Below are positions 34,798-43,337 of a stretch of 47,175 bases of DNA, piece by piece; position 1 is the first letter of the stretch; each line of letters starts with the position of its first letter. The stretch lies in the NCBI GenBank assembly GCA_964483225.1, contig CAZABU010000003.1, positions 1 to 47,175 of the forward strand. Direction: 5' to 3'. Origin of the DNA: an uncultured Ruminococcus sp. Lineage in GTDB: Bacteria > Bacillota > Clostridia > Oscillospirales > CAG-272. The notes beneath the pieces are model-generated. The model ran no database searches, was not told the DNA's origin, and was given only the letters and a program-made list of their open reading frames with translations. The position numbers were made by a program, and so were the translations under genes.

Positions 34798-34902
34798 TAT
34801 CTATAATAGCACATTCTGAGAAAAAAATCAATACCCGCCAGGGCGGCGCTCTACGTTGATTCTTTGACGCCCGACAAATGGGTACAACGCAAAAATGAAT
34901 AA

Positions 34903-34956
34903 AACTCCCGAGAGACGGTAAATGGTCCGTCAGATACTCTCGGGAGTTGTTTTTTT
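34903..34956. terminator. Bidirectional rho-independent terminator (12-bp stem with an internal mini-hairpin)
   Basis: The stem is AACTCCCGAGAG ... CTCTCGGGAGTT, followed by GTTTTTTT on the + strand. The - strand version ends in TTTTATT. It lies between the convergent U32-like and GH115 genes. Confidence 0.75.
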
Positions 34957-35020
34957 GAGTAATTTGCCGGGCAATCTTCACGGACTCCGGTCGAAAAAGC
35001 TCGGCTGAGCCGCAGGCGGG

Positions 35021-36982
35021 TCAAAGCGGCCGCTTTTCTCTGAGTCTCTCGCAGGTGGAGCGCATCAGCTCGGTGAGCTGGCGGATACCTATTTTGCTCT
35101 CTCCGTCGTGCCAGCCGGCAAAGTCGCCCTGCTCAAGGATCCTCCGCTCCGCGAGGATGCTCTCCATAGCCGCGACTCCGGTCTCAAGGGCGGCGGTTCT
35201 GCCCTCCTCGCTGACGGCGGTCATCATTTCGTAGACGGAGATGGTCCAGCGGGTGAGCTTCATCATATAAAATGCGCCGAATTTTATGAACCTTCTGAAA
35301 TATTCCCGGCTCCGCTCGGGCAGTCGGCTCTCCATAGCCGTCATTTTTTCGAGAACGGCGGCAAACCTGCTCTCGCTCTCTCGCAGCTTCTCGGTCACAG
35401 TGGCGTAGTCGCAGAGGTGGGTCTTGTCCCGAAGCAGGCATTGACCGATCTCATGGAGCTCGCCGTCGGTTGACGGAAATTCCGGGAAGAGGAGCCTGCC
35501 GTAGGGGTGATAATCGAAGCTGTGACGGTTGCAGAGTCCCACAAGCTCCATGGTGCCAAGGTCGGCGTAAGCGGCGAAGTACTCGTCGTAAAGATCGAGC
35601 ACAACGTCGGCGGCATCCCCGAAGATAGGCTTGAAGATACGGCGCAGCCCGGTGCGGGCACTAAGCTCCGGGTTTTCAAGGAGCCTCGCGTTAAGCTCCG
35701 CGCCGATATGAAGCGGGCGTAGGTTCGATACGTTGAGAATTGAATAATAAAGCGAGTCCCGCTTTGCCGCCTCGGAGTAGGAGAAGGCCATCTTGTGAGG
35801 GTCACAGCCCTCGGCCAGGTGAGGCCCCATGCCCCAAAAGCCTATGTGATAGTAAATACCGTAGCGGTGGCCGGGCTTTCGCTCCGTGACGTAAAAATCG
35901 TCGCCGAACATCTGCGACATACCGATATCGCTGAAGATCACGGCGGTGTCGGCGGGGATCCGCAGGTGTCCCGCGCCGTAAAGGGCGGCACCCTCCATCC
36001 ATAGGGTCGCCGTGGAGTGGAAGTCACCGTGGCCGAGCGCCTCCTCTATTATAGCGCGCTGGGTAGAGATGGCGTCTGAGATTATCTCGCCTCTGCCCTC
36101 GGGGCTCATCGGAACGTTCTTGTCTGCCTTCCAGACGGCCTGGTCAGCCTTGCCTCTCAGACCCAGCTGCCAGACGACCCTGTCGCCGTATTTCGCCCAT
36201 TTTTTCGCGTAATACCGCCACAGCTCCTCCATTCGTCCGCGGTTGGTAATGAAGGACACCGTCTCGCCCCGTCTGCCGTTTTTCTTTACATAGTCGGCGG
36301 CAGAGAAGTAGGACACGCCCATAGGCTCCACGTGGTGCTGGGATATATAAAGTCCGCGGCGGCATACCGCCTCAACCAGCGCCTCCTCGGCCGGGTTATC
36401 AATATTGACGAAGGAGGAGGGAATTATGAGGTTGATCTCCAGGCGCAGGGCACATTCGAGTATCATATCCAAAACGTCCGTGCGCATAACGCTCTGATAG
36501 AAGGGATAATCTATATCCCGCTTACCGCCTCCTCCGCGGAAATCGCCCAGCAGATCCTCGTCGTTGAGGAACCAGCCGCGGAACTTCACCCTCCGCTCTC
36601 CCGAGCGAATGACCTGTGGCGCGGCGGTGAGGGATTCCGGCCGTTCGGGGTACACCTCGGTCAGCGGATGCATAGGCGAGAAGCCCAGCACGCGCCCCGA
36701 AAAGGCGTAAACTCCAAAGACGGCGCCAAGAGTGTCGCCGCCTACGATCCGCACGGCGTTCTCGGTTATTTCTATTCGGTAGCTCTCGGGCTCCCCCTTC
36801 TCGATCTCAACGGATACGGAGCCGGGTGCGGTCTCGTTTTCGTGGACGATCTCAAAGCCGTGGGTGTGCCCCGAGAGAATACGGAAATCTCTCTGCAGAC
36901 TCTTTGCCGCCATGGCTATCGCGTCGGGTACACCGGGGTGGAGCGATATGCAGGCGGTGGTGGTTTTATTAAACAGTAACAT
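35021..36982 (-). CDS. Glycoside hydrolase family 115-like (putative xylan alpha-glucuronidase), intracellular
   Basis: The blocks GGDTLGAVFGVYAFSGRVLGFSP, VKFRGWFLNDEDLL, ALRLEINLIIPS, ISQHHVEPMG and WQLGLRGKADQ match my recollection of the conserved GH115 blocks (YRGIFLNDE, LRLKAN, SHHEPM, GMRG). There is no signal peptide. Confidence 0.65.
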   Translation of the reverse strand: MLLFNKTTTACISLHPGVPDAIAMAAKSLQRDFRILSGHTHGFEIVHENETAPGSVSVEIEKGEPESYRIEITENAVRIVGGDTLGAVFGVYAFSGRVLGFSPMHPLTEVYPERPESLTAAPQVIRSGERRVKFRGWFLNDEDLLGDFRGGGGKRDIDYPFYQSVMRTDVLDMILECALRLEINLIIPSSFVNIDNPAEEALVEAVCRRGLYISQHHVEPMGVSYFSAADYVKKNGRRGETVSFITNRGRMEELWRYYAKKWAKYGDRVVWQLGLRGKADQAVWKADKNVPMSPEGRGEIISDAISTQRAIIEEALGHGDFHSTATLWMEGAALYGAGHLRIPADTAVIFSDIGMSQMFGDDFYVTERKPGHRYGIYYHIGFWGMGPHLAEGCDPHKMAFSYSEAAKRDSLYYSILNVSNLRPLHIGAELNARLLENPELSARTGLRRIFKPIFGDAADVVLDLYDEYFAAYADLGTMELVGLCNRHSFDYHPYGRLLFPEFPSTDGELHEIGQCLLRDKTHLCDYATVTEKLRESESRFAAVLEKMTAMESRLPERSREYFRRFIKFGAFYMMKLTRWTISVYEMMTAVSEEGRTAALETGVAAMESILAERRILEQGDFAGWHDGESKIGIRQLTELMRSTCERLREKRPL

Positions 36983-37021
36983 ATTTTCTGACCTCCGATG
37001 GGAGCGTTTTTTCTATATTAT

Positions 37022-37051
37022 ATTATACATAATTTCCGGTACCGCCGTCAA
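37022..37051 (-). promoter_or_regulatory. Sigma-A promoter (TTGACG-18-TATAAT) for the GH115 gene
   Basis: The minus strand reads TTGACG (37051-37046), an 18-nt spacer, then TATAAT (37027-37022). Confidence 0.5.
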
Positions 37052-37096
37052 GAGAAAAAACAATAAAGCTTTAACACCTTCGGGCGCGGAACCGCA

Positions 37097-38011
37097 TCAG
37101 AGCGCCGTCTGCGTATCGTTCGGATCCCCGTTTCTTGCAAGGTCGTATTCCTTCGACCAATCGAGGTCGCGGTATTCCTCGCCGCGAGGATCGTTCTTGA
37201 TCCAATCGAGAAGCATATCAAGCATTTCCTCCGACCAGGTATTTTTGTCTATCTGCGCCGTTGTGAACTTGCCCTGACATATCATCTCAAAGCCGAAATC
37301 GTCCTTGACGTGGGTTTTGGCCGCGCCCTCAACAACGTCGGCAACGAGGTGGCTCGGAATGAACAGAACTCCGCCGCCCGCGCCGAAGACGACGTCGCCG
37401 GGTAGACACACCGCGCCGCCGAAGCTTGTAATATCGTTCCAGTCCTTCATGACGAACTCGCGTATGGGCGTGGGATCTATGCCTCTGTAATATACCTGGA
37501 CGTCGGGGACCTTTTTCATCTGCTCAACGTCACGGACTCCTCCCCAAACGACAGCTCCACCGGTTTTCGTGCGGTTATGTATAGCGGTAGTAAGATTTCC
37601 GCCAAGAAAAGTACCTTTGTAGATCTTATCGTACATATCGCAAACGACAACGTCGCGCTCCACCAAGGAGTCGATGACCCATTGATTATAGTTGCCCTTC
37701 AGTCCGTCCTCTGCACCGCGGTTGAACTGAACCTCGTGCAGATCGGGACGTGTGGGGGCGTAGGTGCAAGTCACAGCTCTGCCGACGAGCTTTCTGCCGT
37801 CGTCGTGGAGCGTCTGCATCGGTGCTTCGCCGCCACCTACGAACTGATGCTCGTAGCCAAGAACGAATATAGGCTTCCAAACCTCTTCAAGCGTCATTCC
37901 GTAAAGCGCGTCTAGATACTTGTCGGCTACCTTCGGGCGTCCGTCCGGAAAGCGCTCGCCCTGCCAAAGAGGGGTCAGGGCTATAATTTTTTCTCTGTCG
38001 TTGAAATTCAT
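37097..38011 (-). CDS. RraA-family protein (class II aldolase / decarboxylase-like) with an N-terminal extension
   Basis: The block FLGGNLTTAIHNRTKTGGAVVWGGVRDVEQM resembles the RraA/HMG-aldolase core (G..la..a...G..G.VidG.vRD). At 304 aa it is longer than canonical RraA. Confidence 0.55.
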   Translation of the reverse strand: MNFNDREKIIALTPLWQGERFPDGRPKVADKYLDALYGMTLEEVWKPIFVLGYEHQFVGGGEAPMQTLHDDGRKLVGRAVTCTYAPTRPDLHEVQFNRGAEDGLKGNYNQWVIDSLVERDVVVCDMYDKIYKGTFLGGNLTTAIHNRTKTGGAVVWGGVRDVEQMKKVPDVQVYYRGIDPTPIREFVMKDWNDITSFGGAVCLPGDVVFGAGGGVLFIPSHLVADVVEGAAKTHVKDDFGFEMICQGKFTTAQIDKNTWSEEMLDMLLDWIKNDPRGEEYRDLDWSKEYDLARNGDPNDTQTAL

Positions 38012-38022
38012 TATTTATCTCC

Positions 38023-38967
38023 TTAAATTAAAGAATCAAGTATGCCCTTCAGATATCCGATGGCAAACATTCTGCCGAGGGCGTCGTAGCCGGGCAGGGT
38101 GGATATCTCGCCGGCCATTGTGGGTACGTGGTCAACTCTGACAGGCACGTCGATACCGAGGCTTGCGTAGCCGCGCATTACCGCTGCCATATCAATATCG
38201 CCGTTGTCGTGGAAGGTTTCTCGGAAGGAGGTAGGCACTCCCTTGGTATTTCTGAAATGAACGAAGGCTATCTTGTCGGCGAACTCCTCTGCCACGTCGA
38301 GTATGCTCTCACCCATTATATGAAAATTCGCCTGACACATAGTGAGTCCCAGCGAGGGAGAGGGACGGATATCCCTGATCGCCCGTCTTATGTTTTCTCT
38401 CGAGATCATTATTCGCTCCACGCCGCCGAGGGCGGGCAGGGGCGGGTCGTCGGGATGAAGGGCAAGGACGATTCCGTGCTTTTCCGCCTCGGGCAGGACC
38501 GCATCAAGAAAATACTTGTAGTTTTCCCAAAGCCTGTCGGCTGTAATGCAGGCGTCGGTGCCCTTGAAATCCGCTATATCAAAGGCGGTAACCTTAGCGC
38601 CTCCGCGCTCCGGAAAGTCGGAGCGGGTCCTCAGCCAGCCGATATGAGCCATAAAGTTGAAGCATATCGTGCCGATGCCAAGCTCATGCATTATGGGGAG
38701 CATCTTTATCACCTTTTCTATGCACTCGTCGCGCATTTCGTCGCCCGCCTTGATGTGGTCGTGGAGGGCGTTCGGCATAGGCTCGATGATTATAGGGGTT
38801 ATACCGAAATCGGTAAAGCTCTTGTGTACCGTTTCCCAGTGCCCCTTATTTGTGACGTCAAAATCTGCCGACTCGGGCAGTCTTACGGTGCCGTGACGTA
38901 CGCCGCATTGAAGGCCGATGTCCCAGGTTGCGTCACGGGTAGAACGAAAGTAGTCTGTAAGAATCAT
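38023..38967 (-). CDS. uxuA: Mannonate dehydratase
   Basis: Its blocks ICFNFMAHIGWLRT, LALHPDDPPLPALGGVERI, VHFRN, FHDNGDIDM and RVDHVPTM...PGYDALGRMFAIGYLKG are collinear with E. coli UxuA. I chose the ATG at 38967 behind an AAGGAGAGG RBS, 11 nt after the upstream stop. Confidence 0.85.
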   Translation of the reverse strand: MILTDYFRSTRDATWDIGLQCGVRHGTVRLPESADFDVTNKGHWETVHKSFTDFGITPIIIEPMPNALHDHIKAGDEMRDECIEKVIKMLPIMHELGIGTICFNFMAHIGWLRTRSDFPERGGAKVTAFDIADFKGTDACITADRLWENYKYFLDAVLPEAEKHGIVLALHPDDPPLPALGGVERIMISRENIRRAIRDIRPSPSLGLTMCQANFHIMGESILDVAEEFADKIAFVHFRNTKGVPTSFRETFHDNGDIDMAAVMRGYASLGIDVPVRVDHVPTMAGEISTLPGYDALGRMFAIGYLKGILDSLI

Positions 38968-38977
38968 GGCCTCTCCT

Positions 38978-39817
38978 TTACACTCCGCTGAGAGTAAGGA
39001 AGCCGCCGTCAACGGGGATAGTCGCGCCGGTCACGAAGGCTGACTCCTCGGAGAGCAGCCATTTTGCGCAGCCCACAAGATCGCAGGCCTCGCCAAATCT
39101 ACCCATAGGAGTGTGGGAAATAACGCTCTGGCCCCTCGCGGTAAGGCCGTCCTTGACGGTGCCGAGATATGTCTTGGATCGCTCGTTGACCATAAAGCCC
39201 GGGGCGATAGCGTTTATTCTGATATTTGCGGGTGCAAAATACGCCGCAAAGGATTGAGTGAGATTGGTTATAGCCGCCTTACTCATAGCGTAGGCAAAGC
39301 AGCGCGTGAGCGGACAGTAGGAGTTCATGGAGGCGAAGTTGATGATGCTTCCGCCCCCGTTTTTGATCATCTGCTTTGCAAGCTCCATCGTGGGAATAAC
39401 CGTGCCCATAGTGTTTATGTTAAGCACTCGCTCGAAGGCGTCCATATCCACGTCGTAGAGTCCTCTTGCGCCCTCGGGCAGCCCGCCCTCAAGCTCTCTC
39501 TCGTCAAAGGCGGTAATGGTCGGCATGGCTCTCACGTCGTTGCCGCCGGCGCCGTTTATGAGAAAGTCGCAGGGGCCCGCGGTGTCGAGAACGAATTTTG
39601 CAAGGCTCGCTACCGCCTCTCTGTCGGTCACGTCACAGGCGTAGACGTAGGCTCTGCCGCCACCTTCGGTTATTTTTTCAGCCACTCTTTTCAGCTTTTC
39701 TTCGGTCCTGCCTACAAGGAAAAGGATCGCTCCCTCCTCTGCAAGCCTTACGGATATCTCGGAGCAGAGCGTTCCGCCCGCGCCGGTCACTACCGTTACC
39801 TTGTCTTTGAATTTCAT
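38978..39817 (-). CDS. SDR-family oxidoreductase (putative fructuronate/mannonate oxidoreductase by context)
   Basis: It has the Rossmann motif VTGAGGTLCSEI, an NGAG motif and catalytic YAMSKAA (YxxxK). It sits between uxaC and uxuA. Confidence 0.8.
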   Translation of the reverse strand: MKFKDKVTVVTGAGGTLCSEISVRLAEEGAILFLVGRTEEKLKRVAEKITEGGGRAYVYACDVTDREAVASLAKFVLDTAGPCDFLINGAGGNDVRAMPTITAFDERELEGGLPEGARGLYDVDMDAFERVLNINTMGTVIPTMELAKQMIKNGGGSIINFASMNSYCPLTRCFAYAMSKAAITNLTQSFAAYFAPANIRINAIAPGFMVNERSKTYLGTVKDGLTARGQSVISHTPMGRFGEACDLVGCAKWLLSEESAFVTGATIPVDGGFLTLSGV

Positions 39818-39848
39818 ATAAAACCTCCGTATATGTAAATAATTATTG

Positions 39849-41198
39849 TCAAATAAGCGTTGTTCTGCTCTTTGCGTTGGAATAACACACCTTCCGTATT
39901 ATATCGGAAAGCAGCCGCTCGTCCCGGGGCGCGCGCCCTGCCTCTGAAAGCTCGGCGAGATAGGAGCATAGAATTCTGCGGAAGTACTCATGCCGCGAAA
40001 AGGACAGCGGACTGCGGGAGTCGGTGGTCATACCGATAAACTCTGAGAGCACTCCAAAGGAGCTTTGAGCGTCGAGGGTCGCTCGGATGCCGTAGGGGTG
40101 GTCGCACCACCACCAAGCAGGGCCGAGCTGGACCTTCCCGCTGACACCGTCCTCGGAAAAGGAACCGCCGAGGGAAGCCAGCGCCGGCATATGTGACATA
40201 TTCAAGGGGAAAAGCACGGTACGGGGAAGCCCACCCCACCTCTCAAAATCTCCCAACATATCCGCGATATTGCCCGGCGTCGGAGTGGTGCCTATGGCCG
40301 CGTAACCGCCAAAGGGACCGGCAAGGCGGGCCAGCCTGTCGCTGGTGTGCCTTTTAGCACCCAGATGGAGGAGCAGGGTCATATTTTTTCTTGCATACAT
40401 GGGTGCGAGCCTGCGCAGTATCGCAGAGCTGAGGGCGTTTTTCTCCTCAGGCGTCAGGTCAGCGCAGAGGCTTTTCTTGAAGAGGTCGTCGGCTTTGCCG
40501 TCCTCGGGCGTATAAGCAAAGCCCTCGTCTATGGAATGGTCGGCGAAGCGACAGCCCAGCGCCGCGAAGTCGTCGATGCGCCTTCCCGCGGCAGCCAAAA
40601 AATCCTCAAGACCAAGGACGTTAGAGCCCGTAAGCGCTCCCAGCGATCGTGCCGTGTCGGCCGTCGGCGCTATAAGGCTGTCGCCTCTGAGGGAAGGGGC
40701 GACGCCCTCCCCGTAGCCCGAAAGCCCGTCGCAGACCGAGGCGATCGGCGATTGATATTCCACGCCGAAGCGGGCGAGGATCCCCCGCGTCGAAAATTCG
40801 GGCGAGGCAAGTCTTTCGTTAAGCTCGCAGTAAAGACGCTCGGCATTTTCCGCGGTGGGCAGCTCCTCTATATTGAATACTCTGCGGAGCTCCAGCATAG
40901 AAAAATCGTAAACGGCCGTGCCGCACAAATAGGGGAAAATTGCACAGAAGGCCTTGAATTTGTCGTAAGGGTCGCACTCACCGGTTATGACGCTCTCGCT
41001 CACGCCGCAGATCCGCATAAGCCTGTGCTTGTAGGGGTCTGCAGAGATCCAGAGCTCGGTGATGCTCCCATAACGTCTGTCGCCGGCGATATCCGTGACC
41101 GACAGGTGGTTGTGATAGTCGATTATCGGCAGCCCCGACGCATAGTTCTCATAAAGCCTTGCGGCGAGCGGGCTTGATAAAAGGAAGCTGTCTTCCAT
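39849..41198 (-). CDS. uxaC: Glucuronate isomerase
   Basis: The sequence MEDSFLLSSPLAARLYENYASGLPIIDYHNHL...ELWISADPYKHRLMR carries the canonical UxaC N-terminal signature (PIIDYHxHL). Confidence 0.9.
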   Translation of the reverse strand: MEDSFLLSSPLAARLYENYASGLPIIDYHNHLSVTDIAGDRRYGSITELWISADPYKHRLMRICGVSESVITGECDPYDKFKAFCAIFPYLCGTAVYDFSMLELRRVFNIEELPTAENAERLYCELNERLASPEFSTRGILARFGVEYQSPIASVCDGLSGYGEGVAPSLRGDSLIAPTADTARSLGALTGSNVLGLEDFLAAAGRRIDDFAALGCRFADHSIDEGFAYTPEDGKADDLFKKSLCADLTPEEKNALSSAILRRLAPMYARKNMTLLLHLGAKRHTSDRLARLAGPFGGYAAIGTTPTPGNIADMLGDFERWGGLPRTVLFPLNMSHMPALASLGGSFSEDGVSGKVQLGPAWWWCDHPYGIRATLDAQSSFGVLSEFIGMTTDSRSPLSFSRHEYFRRILCSYLAELSEAGRAPRDERLLSDIIRKVCYSNAKSRTTLI

Positions 41199-41232
41199 GG
41201 CTTTTATCTCCTTTGCCTTTAGTTTTCACCTT

Positions 41233-41262
41233 ATTATATAAAATACCTGCCCGAGCGGTCAA
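41233..41262 (-). promoter_or_regulatory. Sigma-A promoter (TTGACC-18-TATAAT) for the uxaC operon
   Basis: The minus strand reads TTGACC (41262-41257), an 18-nt spacer, then TATAAT (41238-41233). Confidence 0.5.
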
Positions 41263-41303
41263 TGTCAGATTCAATCAGTGTTTGACACTTTTCGACCAAA
41301 GAG

Positions 41304-41332
41304 TTGACATTTAATTTTGTGCGTGCTACAAT
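41304..41332 (+). promoter_or_regulatory. Consensus sigma-A promoter (TTGACA-17-TGcTACAAT) for the AraC regulator
   Basis: TTGACA is at 41304-41309 and TACAAT at 41327-41332, with a TGc extension. It is divergent from the uxaC promoter. Confidence 0.65.
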
Positions 41333-41358
41333 ATACACACAGGGGGAGGTGGAGCGAG

Positions 41359-42141
41359 ATGCACGAAGAAAAAAGACTGTCGGACAGCTTTGGGATCGAG
41401 AACGTAGACTGTGTCAGAGTCTCGAGGAACAAGGATTTTCATTTTTCGTACCGCCACGGCCGTAAATCGAACGGCTTTATTTTCTTGAAACGTGGCAAAA
41501 TGCGATACAGCTTTCTTGATGCCGACATCGGGGAGCTTGACCTGACGGAGGGAATGCTGCTGTTCGTTCCGCAGGGGGCGCGGTATGAGTCTATCTATCT
41601 CGAGGATAATACGCAGATAATTATTGTACAATTCGACATCATGGCCGGCGCGTTGCCGACGGCGCTCACGGAGCCTGTCATAATTCCAACAGGCGGCGCT
41701 GAAGAGCTGATCCGCTCCGTGGTGGAGCACCCCGACCCCACTGAGGTCGGTGACAGCCGTCAGCTTTATCACGCCTTCAGGGTCTACGAGCTGATATGGC
41801 GCTCCATAGGTGCCCTTGAGAACAGGGGCGGCGACGCTCTCAGGCTGGCGCCCGCTCTCGCCGAGCTGCGGAAAAACTACGCAGAGCAGAGGCGCGTCGG
41901 CTACTACGCCGCCCTGTGCTTTATGAGCGAGACCGGCTTCAGACGGCACTTCCTTGCATATACGGGAATGTCGCCGGTGGCGTATAGAAACAAGCTGCGC
42001 CTGGAGGAGGCCGACCGACTTATCCGTTCGGGCGAATATACCGTAGAGGAGGCAGCAAGCCTTGTGGGATTTTTCAACCTTTCCTTCTTCTGTCGGGCCT
42101 ATCGCGCCGCCTTCGGTCATACGCCCACGGGCAGGGAATAG
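41359..42141 (+). CDS. AraC-family transcriptional regulator (cupin plus HTH)
   Basis: The C-terminal HTH pair reads VGYYAALCFMSETGFRRHFLAYTGMSPVAYRNKLRLEEADRLIRSGEYTVEEAASLVGFFNLSFFCRAYRAAFGHTP. I chose the ATG at 41359 behind a GGGGGAGGTGGA RBS. Confidence 0.85.
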   Translation: MHEEKRLSDSFGIENVDCVRVSRNKDFHFSYRHGRKSNGFIFLKRGKMRYSFLDADIGELDLTEGMLLFVPQGARYESIYLEDNTQIIIVQFDIMAGALPTALTEPVIIPTGGAEELIRSVVEHPDPTEVGDSRQLYHAFRVYELIWRSIGALENRGGDALRLAPALAELRKNYAEQRRVGYYAALCFMSETGFRRHFLAYTGMSPVAYRNKLRLEEADRLIRSGEYTVEEAASLVGFFNLSFFCRAYRAAFGHTPTGRE

Positions 42142-42264
42142 AAAAATTTACAGAACTATAACATTTTTTGCACGCAAAAGGTTTAGAATATAAATAGAAA
42201 AACGCCCCCGTGCGGCGGCGTGGATTTTCAGGAACTATTGATTTACGAAAGAGAGGACTTTATT

Positions 42265-43248
42265 ATGCCGGGACCCGGAGGAGGAAGAAGCGGAGGAGGC
42301 TTCAGCGGAGGCTCGCGTGGCGGCTTTGGCGGCGGCTCGCGCGGCGGATTTAGCGGTGGCTCGAGAGGGGGCTTCGGAGGCGGAGGCTTCCACGGAGGAC
42401 CCCGACCTCCCCATCGCCATCATCACTATCACGGCGGCTTCTTCGGCCGGCACAGACCCTATTACGGCTATGGCTACGGCGGTGGCTGCCTTGGCGGCTT
42501 CCTCGGTATGATGATAGCCCCGGTGATGATACTGATATTTGTGGCGATAATGCTGTTCAGCGTCGTGGGCGGCTCGTTTTCCAGAGTGGCCGGCGGCGGC
42601 ACCTCGGATTACGACGAGGCAACCCTGCAGGCCTACGCCGATGACAGATACGCCGAGTATTTCAGCAGCCACCCCGACACCTACGAGGACAATATACTGA
42701 TAGTTTTCCTTACTAACGAGGAGTGCGACGGCTATGACTGCATCGCCTGGGTCGGTGACAACGTGTCTTACAGTATCCTCGAGGCCTTTGACGTAAGCGG
42801 CGCCTTCGGGCAGGCGGTCTACGATTCGGTGAATGAAACGTATTACGCCTATTCTCTGGACAGTAACCTCGCGTCGGTGATGCACCTTATGACCGAGGAG
42901 GTGGATTCTCTCGGCCTTGAGTCCTCCTTTAAGAAGCCTGCGGCGGCAGGCATCGAGCGACCCGAGTCCGGCTTCTACAACCTCACCGAGCTATCTTTGA
43001 CCGACGGAACCGTCAGAGAGGCCGTTCTTGAATTTTCCGAGGAAACCGGCATACCCACCGTCATCGTGGTGGACACCGTCGAGAACGTTTACGGAAAGAC
43101 GGTTGACTCCGGCGATATCTTCGTCGTTATCATTTCGATAGCGCTTGCCGGCCTTGCCATATTCCTTATCGTAAGGGCGATCAAGAAACGCGCAAACGGC
43201 GACTTTGACCGCGACCCCGGCGACGGCTGGGATCCGCCGAAAATGTAG
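42265..43248 (+). CDS. Two-TM membrane protein with an N-terminal Gly/Arg/Phe repeat tail and a TPM-like external domain
   Basis: The ATG at 42265 is 7 nt after an AAGAGAGGA RBS. The order is a Gly-rich tail, a His-rich patch (HRHHHYH), YYGYGYGGG, a TM segment, a ~200-aa domain (ILIVFLTNEECDGYDCIAWVGDNVSY resembles a TPM-domain core), then a second TM segment. Confidence 0.5.
   Translation: MPGPGGGRSGGGFSGGSRGGFGGGSRGGFSGGSRGGFGGGGFHGGPRPPHRHHHYHGGFFGRHRPYYGYGYGGGCLGGFLGMMIAPVMILIFVAIMLFSVVGGSFSRVAGGGTSDYDEATLQAYADDRYAEYFSSHPDTYEDNILIVFLTNEECDGYDCIAWVGDNVSYSILEAFDVSGAFGQAVYDSVNETYYAYSLDSNLASVMHLMTEEVDSLGLESSFKKPAAAGIERPESGFYNLTELSLTDGTVREAVLEFSEETGIPTVIVVDTVENVYGKTVDSGDIFVVIISIALAGLAIFLIVRAIKKRANGDFDRDPGDGWDPPKM
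42298..42390 (+). repeat. In-frame 24-nt tandem repeat (about 3.8 copies) encoding F(S/G)GGSRGG units
   Basis: The units are GGCTTCAGCGGAGGCTCGCGTGGC, GGCTTTGGCGGCGGCTCGCGCGGC, GGATTTAGCGGTGGCTCGAGAGGG and GGCTTCGGAGGCGGAGGCTTC... Confidence 0.7.
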
Positions 43249-43273
43249 AATATGTAAACCGAACCTTACAAAA

Positions 43274-43310
43274 AGCCCCCCGCTTGCGAAAAGCGGGGGC
43301 TGCTGTTTTA
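43274..43310. terminator. Bidirectional rho-independent terminator
   Basis: AAAAAGCCCCCCGCTTGCGAAAAGCGGGGGCTGCTGTTTTA forms a GC-rich stem flanked by A and T runs. It lies between convergent genes. Confidence 0.75.
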
Positions 43311-43337
43311 ATATTTCAAAATCCGATGTGCTTGCTC

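Noticed and set aside
34802-34956. I considered an orphan small RNA running from the TATAAT at 34802 to the terminator at 34903-34956.
   Set aside because: The TATAAT has no -35 and no TGn extension. The terminator is fully explained as the shared bidirectional terminator of the convergent U32-like and GH115 genes. I recognise no conserved ncRNA structure there.
32655-34981. Minus-strand ORFs 32655-33719 and 33980-34981 lie opposite the Fe-S and U32-like genes.
   Set aside because: They have no start context, and the sense strand has ferredoxin Cys motifs and a promoter/RBS. They are treated as shadows.
38128-42120. Plus-strand ORFs 38128-38991, 39113-39838 and 40347-41177 and minus-strand ORF 41326-42120 lie opposite uxuA, the SDR, uxaC and the AraC gene.
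   Set aside because: The opposite strands encode textbook UxuA, SDR, UxaC and AraC sequences, so these are antisense artefacts.
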